From positions 1 through 27,144 of IMG/VR virus record IMGVR_UViG_3300033067_001397: a stretch of DNA of 27,144 nucleotides; one strand, given 5' to 3'. Positions 25,902-27,144 of the stretch are shown here, one piece after another. The notes beneath the pieces were generated by a model. It had not been told where the DNA came from. It searched no databases and worked only from the letters and a program-made list of their open reading frames with translations. Position numbers and translations under genes: made by a program. Numbering within the stretch: position 1 is the stretch's first letter; each line of letters begins with the position of its first letter. The stretch comes from a virus (lineage: Duplodnaviria; Caudoviricetes).

Positions 25902-26168
25902 TCAGTGCTTCGTGAAAACATCCCGGCACGCCACCACGAACGCCGTCACCGCCGCCGCCCCCGCCGCGCGAATCCACCACCGCGAACGCTCGCCCTGTTG
26001 CTCCACCCGGTCCAGACGCACCACGATCCCGCGGGAGGGCTCGCTGTCGCCCGTGACGTGCCGCTCAATGCGGGCGAGGCGCGTGCCCATGCGGGTCAGT
26101 TCGTCGTAGAGGTCGCGGTTGGTGGGGTTCTCGGGGGCGTCGTGTGCTTCGTGGGCTTTGGTGGGCAT
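25902..26168 (-). CDS. Coiled-coil plus C-terminal TM protein (holin/XhlA-like)
   Basis: LARIE...G....GIVVRLDRVEQ followed by one hydrophobic helix; GGAG SD. Confidence 0.65.
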   Translation of the reverse strand: MPTKAHEAHDAPENPTNRDLYDELTRMGTRLARIERHVTGDSEPSRGIVVRLDRVEQQGERSRWWIRAAGAAAVTAFVVACRDVFTKH

Positions 26169-26182
26169 GGCGTCTCCAGGAT

Positions 26183-26575
26183 TCAGAATCCGTTGCGTAC
26201 GTACTTCTCGGCCGCGTCCGGGTCAATGCCGCCGGACTCCAGCGCGTCCCACACCTGCGCGAGCCGATCAGCCATCGCGCCCGCACGCTTGGCGGCGCGG
26301 CCGGGGGTGTCCCCGGTGGTCGCGGCCGACTGCGTTTCGGCGTTCACGAGGCAGGCAAGGCGGATCGCGGCGGCGGCTCCGAGGCACCTGGCGCGGTCGG
26401 CCTCTTTGGTGAACGCGAGGGTGCAGGTGGTTTGCGCGGCCGCGTAGATGGCCTCGCACTTCTCCGGGGTGGGTCGCTGCGAGCCCGAGCAGCCGCCCGC
26501 GAAGAGCATGGCGAAGGCGGCGCAGGCGAGTACGGCGTACGCGATGCTTCGGCAGTACCGGATGTGCAGGCTCAT
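26183..26575 (-). CDS. Lipoprotein with four-Cys helical hairpin
   Basis: Signal peptide ending AGG-C; AAGGGGA SD before ATG 26575. Confidence 0.75.
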   Translation of the reverse strand: MSLHIRYCRSIAYAVLACAAFAMLFAGGCSGSQRPTPEKCEAIYAAAQTTCTLAFTKEADRARCLGAAAAIRLACLVNAETQSAATTGDTPGRAAKRAGAMADRLAQVWDALESGGIDPDAAEKYVRNGF

Positions 26576-26649
26576 TGCGTGTCCCCTTGTGGGTGCGGGT
26601 CCGCCCGGGTGGGCACGCATCGCACCGTAGACGCAAGGGTCGCGGGAGT

Positions 26650-26925
26650 CTACCGCACGAGGCGGCACCGCTCGGGGACGACGCGGAATACCCGCGCGGC
26701 CTTCTCGTCGCACACGACCACGAGGGTTCCGTAGAGGGCCGATTCCACGAGGGCCACGCACACCACCCGCTGTTTCCGCCGGCCCCAGTCGATATCGACC
26801 ACCGCCCCCGCCGTCACCGCGTCCGCCGCGGCGTGCAGGGCGAGCAGGGAGGCGTTCGCCTTGGGCTTGCTCTCGCGGTTTTCCTTGACGGGGATGTACG
26901 TCGAACCGGCGGTGCTGCGTCTCAT
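26650..26925 (-). CDS. Hypothetical protein
   Basis: Plausible small beta-rich C-terminal domain, on the operon strand. Confidence 0.6.
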   Translation of the reverse strand: MRRSTAGSTYIPVKENRESKPKANASLLALHAAADAVTAGAVVDIDWGRRKQRVVCVALVESALYGTLVVVCDEKAARVFRVVPERCRLVR

Positions 26926-27048
26926 CCGCACCCCCCGGCCAGCGCGGCGCGACGGCGCGGCGTCCGGTTCGTCCGAACGCCGTGCGGTGATGTGTTTGGG
27001 TTGGTCATGTTGCGCGTCCTGCGCCTGTGTATCTGTAAGGGGTGGAGA

Positions 27049-27144
27049 CTACCGACGCCAGGGCGAGCCAGCGTCAAACGCCCGCGCATCCAACGCCCAC
27101 CTCGCCATGAGAATGGCGTCCGCGACGTTCCCGGCGAGCGTCTT
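27049..27144 (-). CDS. C-terminus of a RuvC-like Holliday junction resolvase (partial, runs off the window)
   Basis: Hand translation KTLAGNVADAILMARWALDARAFDAGSPWRR*; ADAIL resembles the last RuvC catalytic motif. Confidence 0.5.
   Translation of the reverse strand, partial: KTLAGNVADAILMARWALDARAFDAGSPWRR

Overview
A GC-rich tailed phage or prophage segment, almost all on the minus strand. In transcription order (right to left): a partial RuvC-like gene, a lipoprotein and a holin-like gene, an SGNH hydrolase, a beta-helix protein, a ParB-N/DNA methyltransferase fusion, TerS and TerL. The head module follows (Mu-like portal, gpF and protease with a nested scaffold; decoration protein; major capsid), then Mu gp36/gpG-like neck genes and a non-contractile tail module (tandem-domain tube, 351-aa tape measure, tip and beta-helix genes). 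After the tail come a ~700-bp non-coding region dense in short repeats and palindromes, a run of small early genes, and a left end made of duplicated HTH-fragment plus terminator units that flank an initiator-type tRNA-Met and a hairpin-bounded plus-strand gene. The most notable observations are a lambda G-T type GGGAAAG -1 slippery site that would fuse an early protein to an HTH, a variant initiator tRNA with C31-G39, an SD-sequestering structured leader upstream of the packaging operon, a PilC-N-like membrane moron where tail chaperones usually sit, and the multi-repeat control region. All calls come from reading motifs and synteny; no searches were run.
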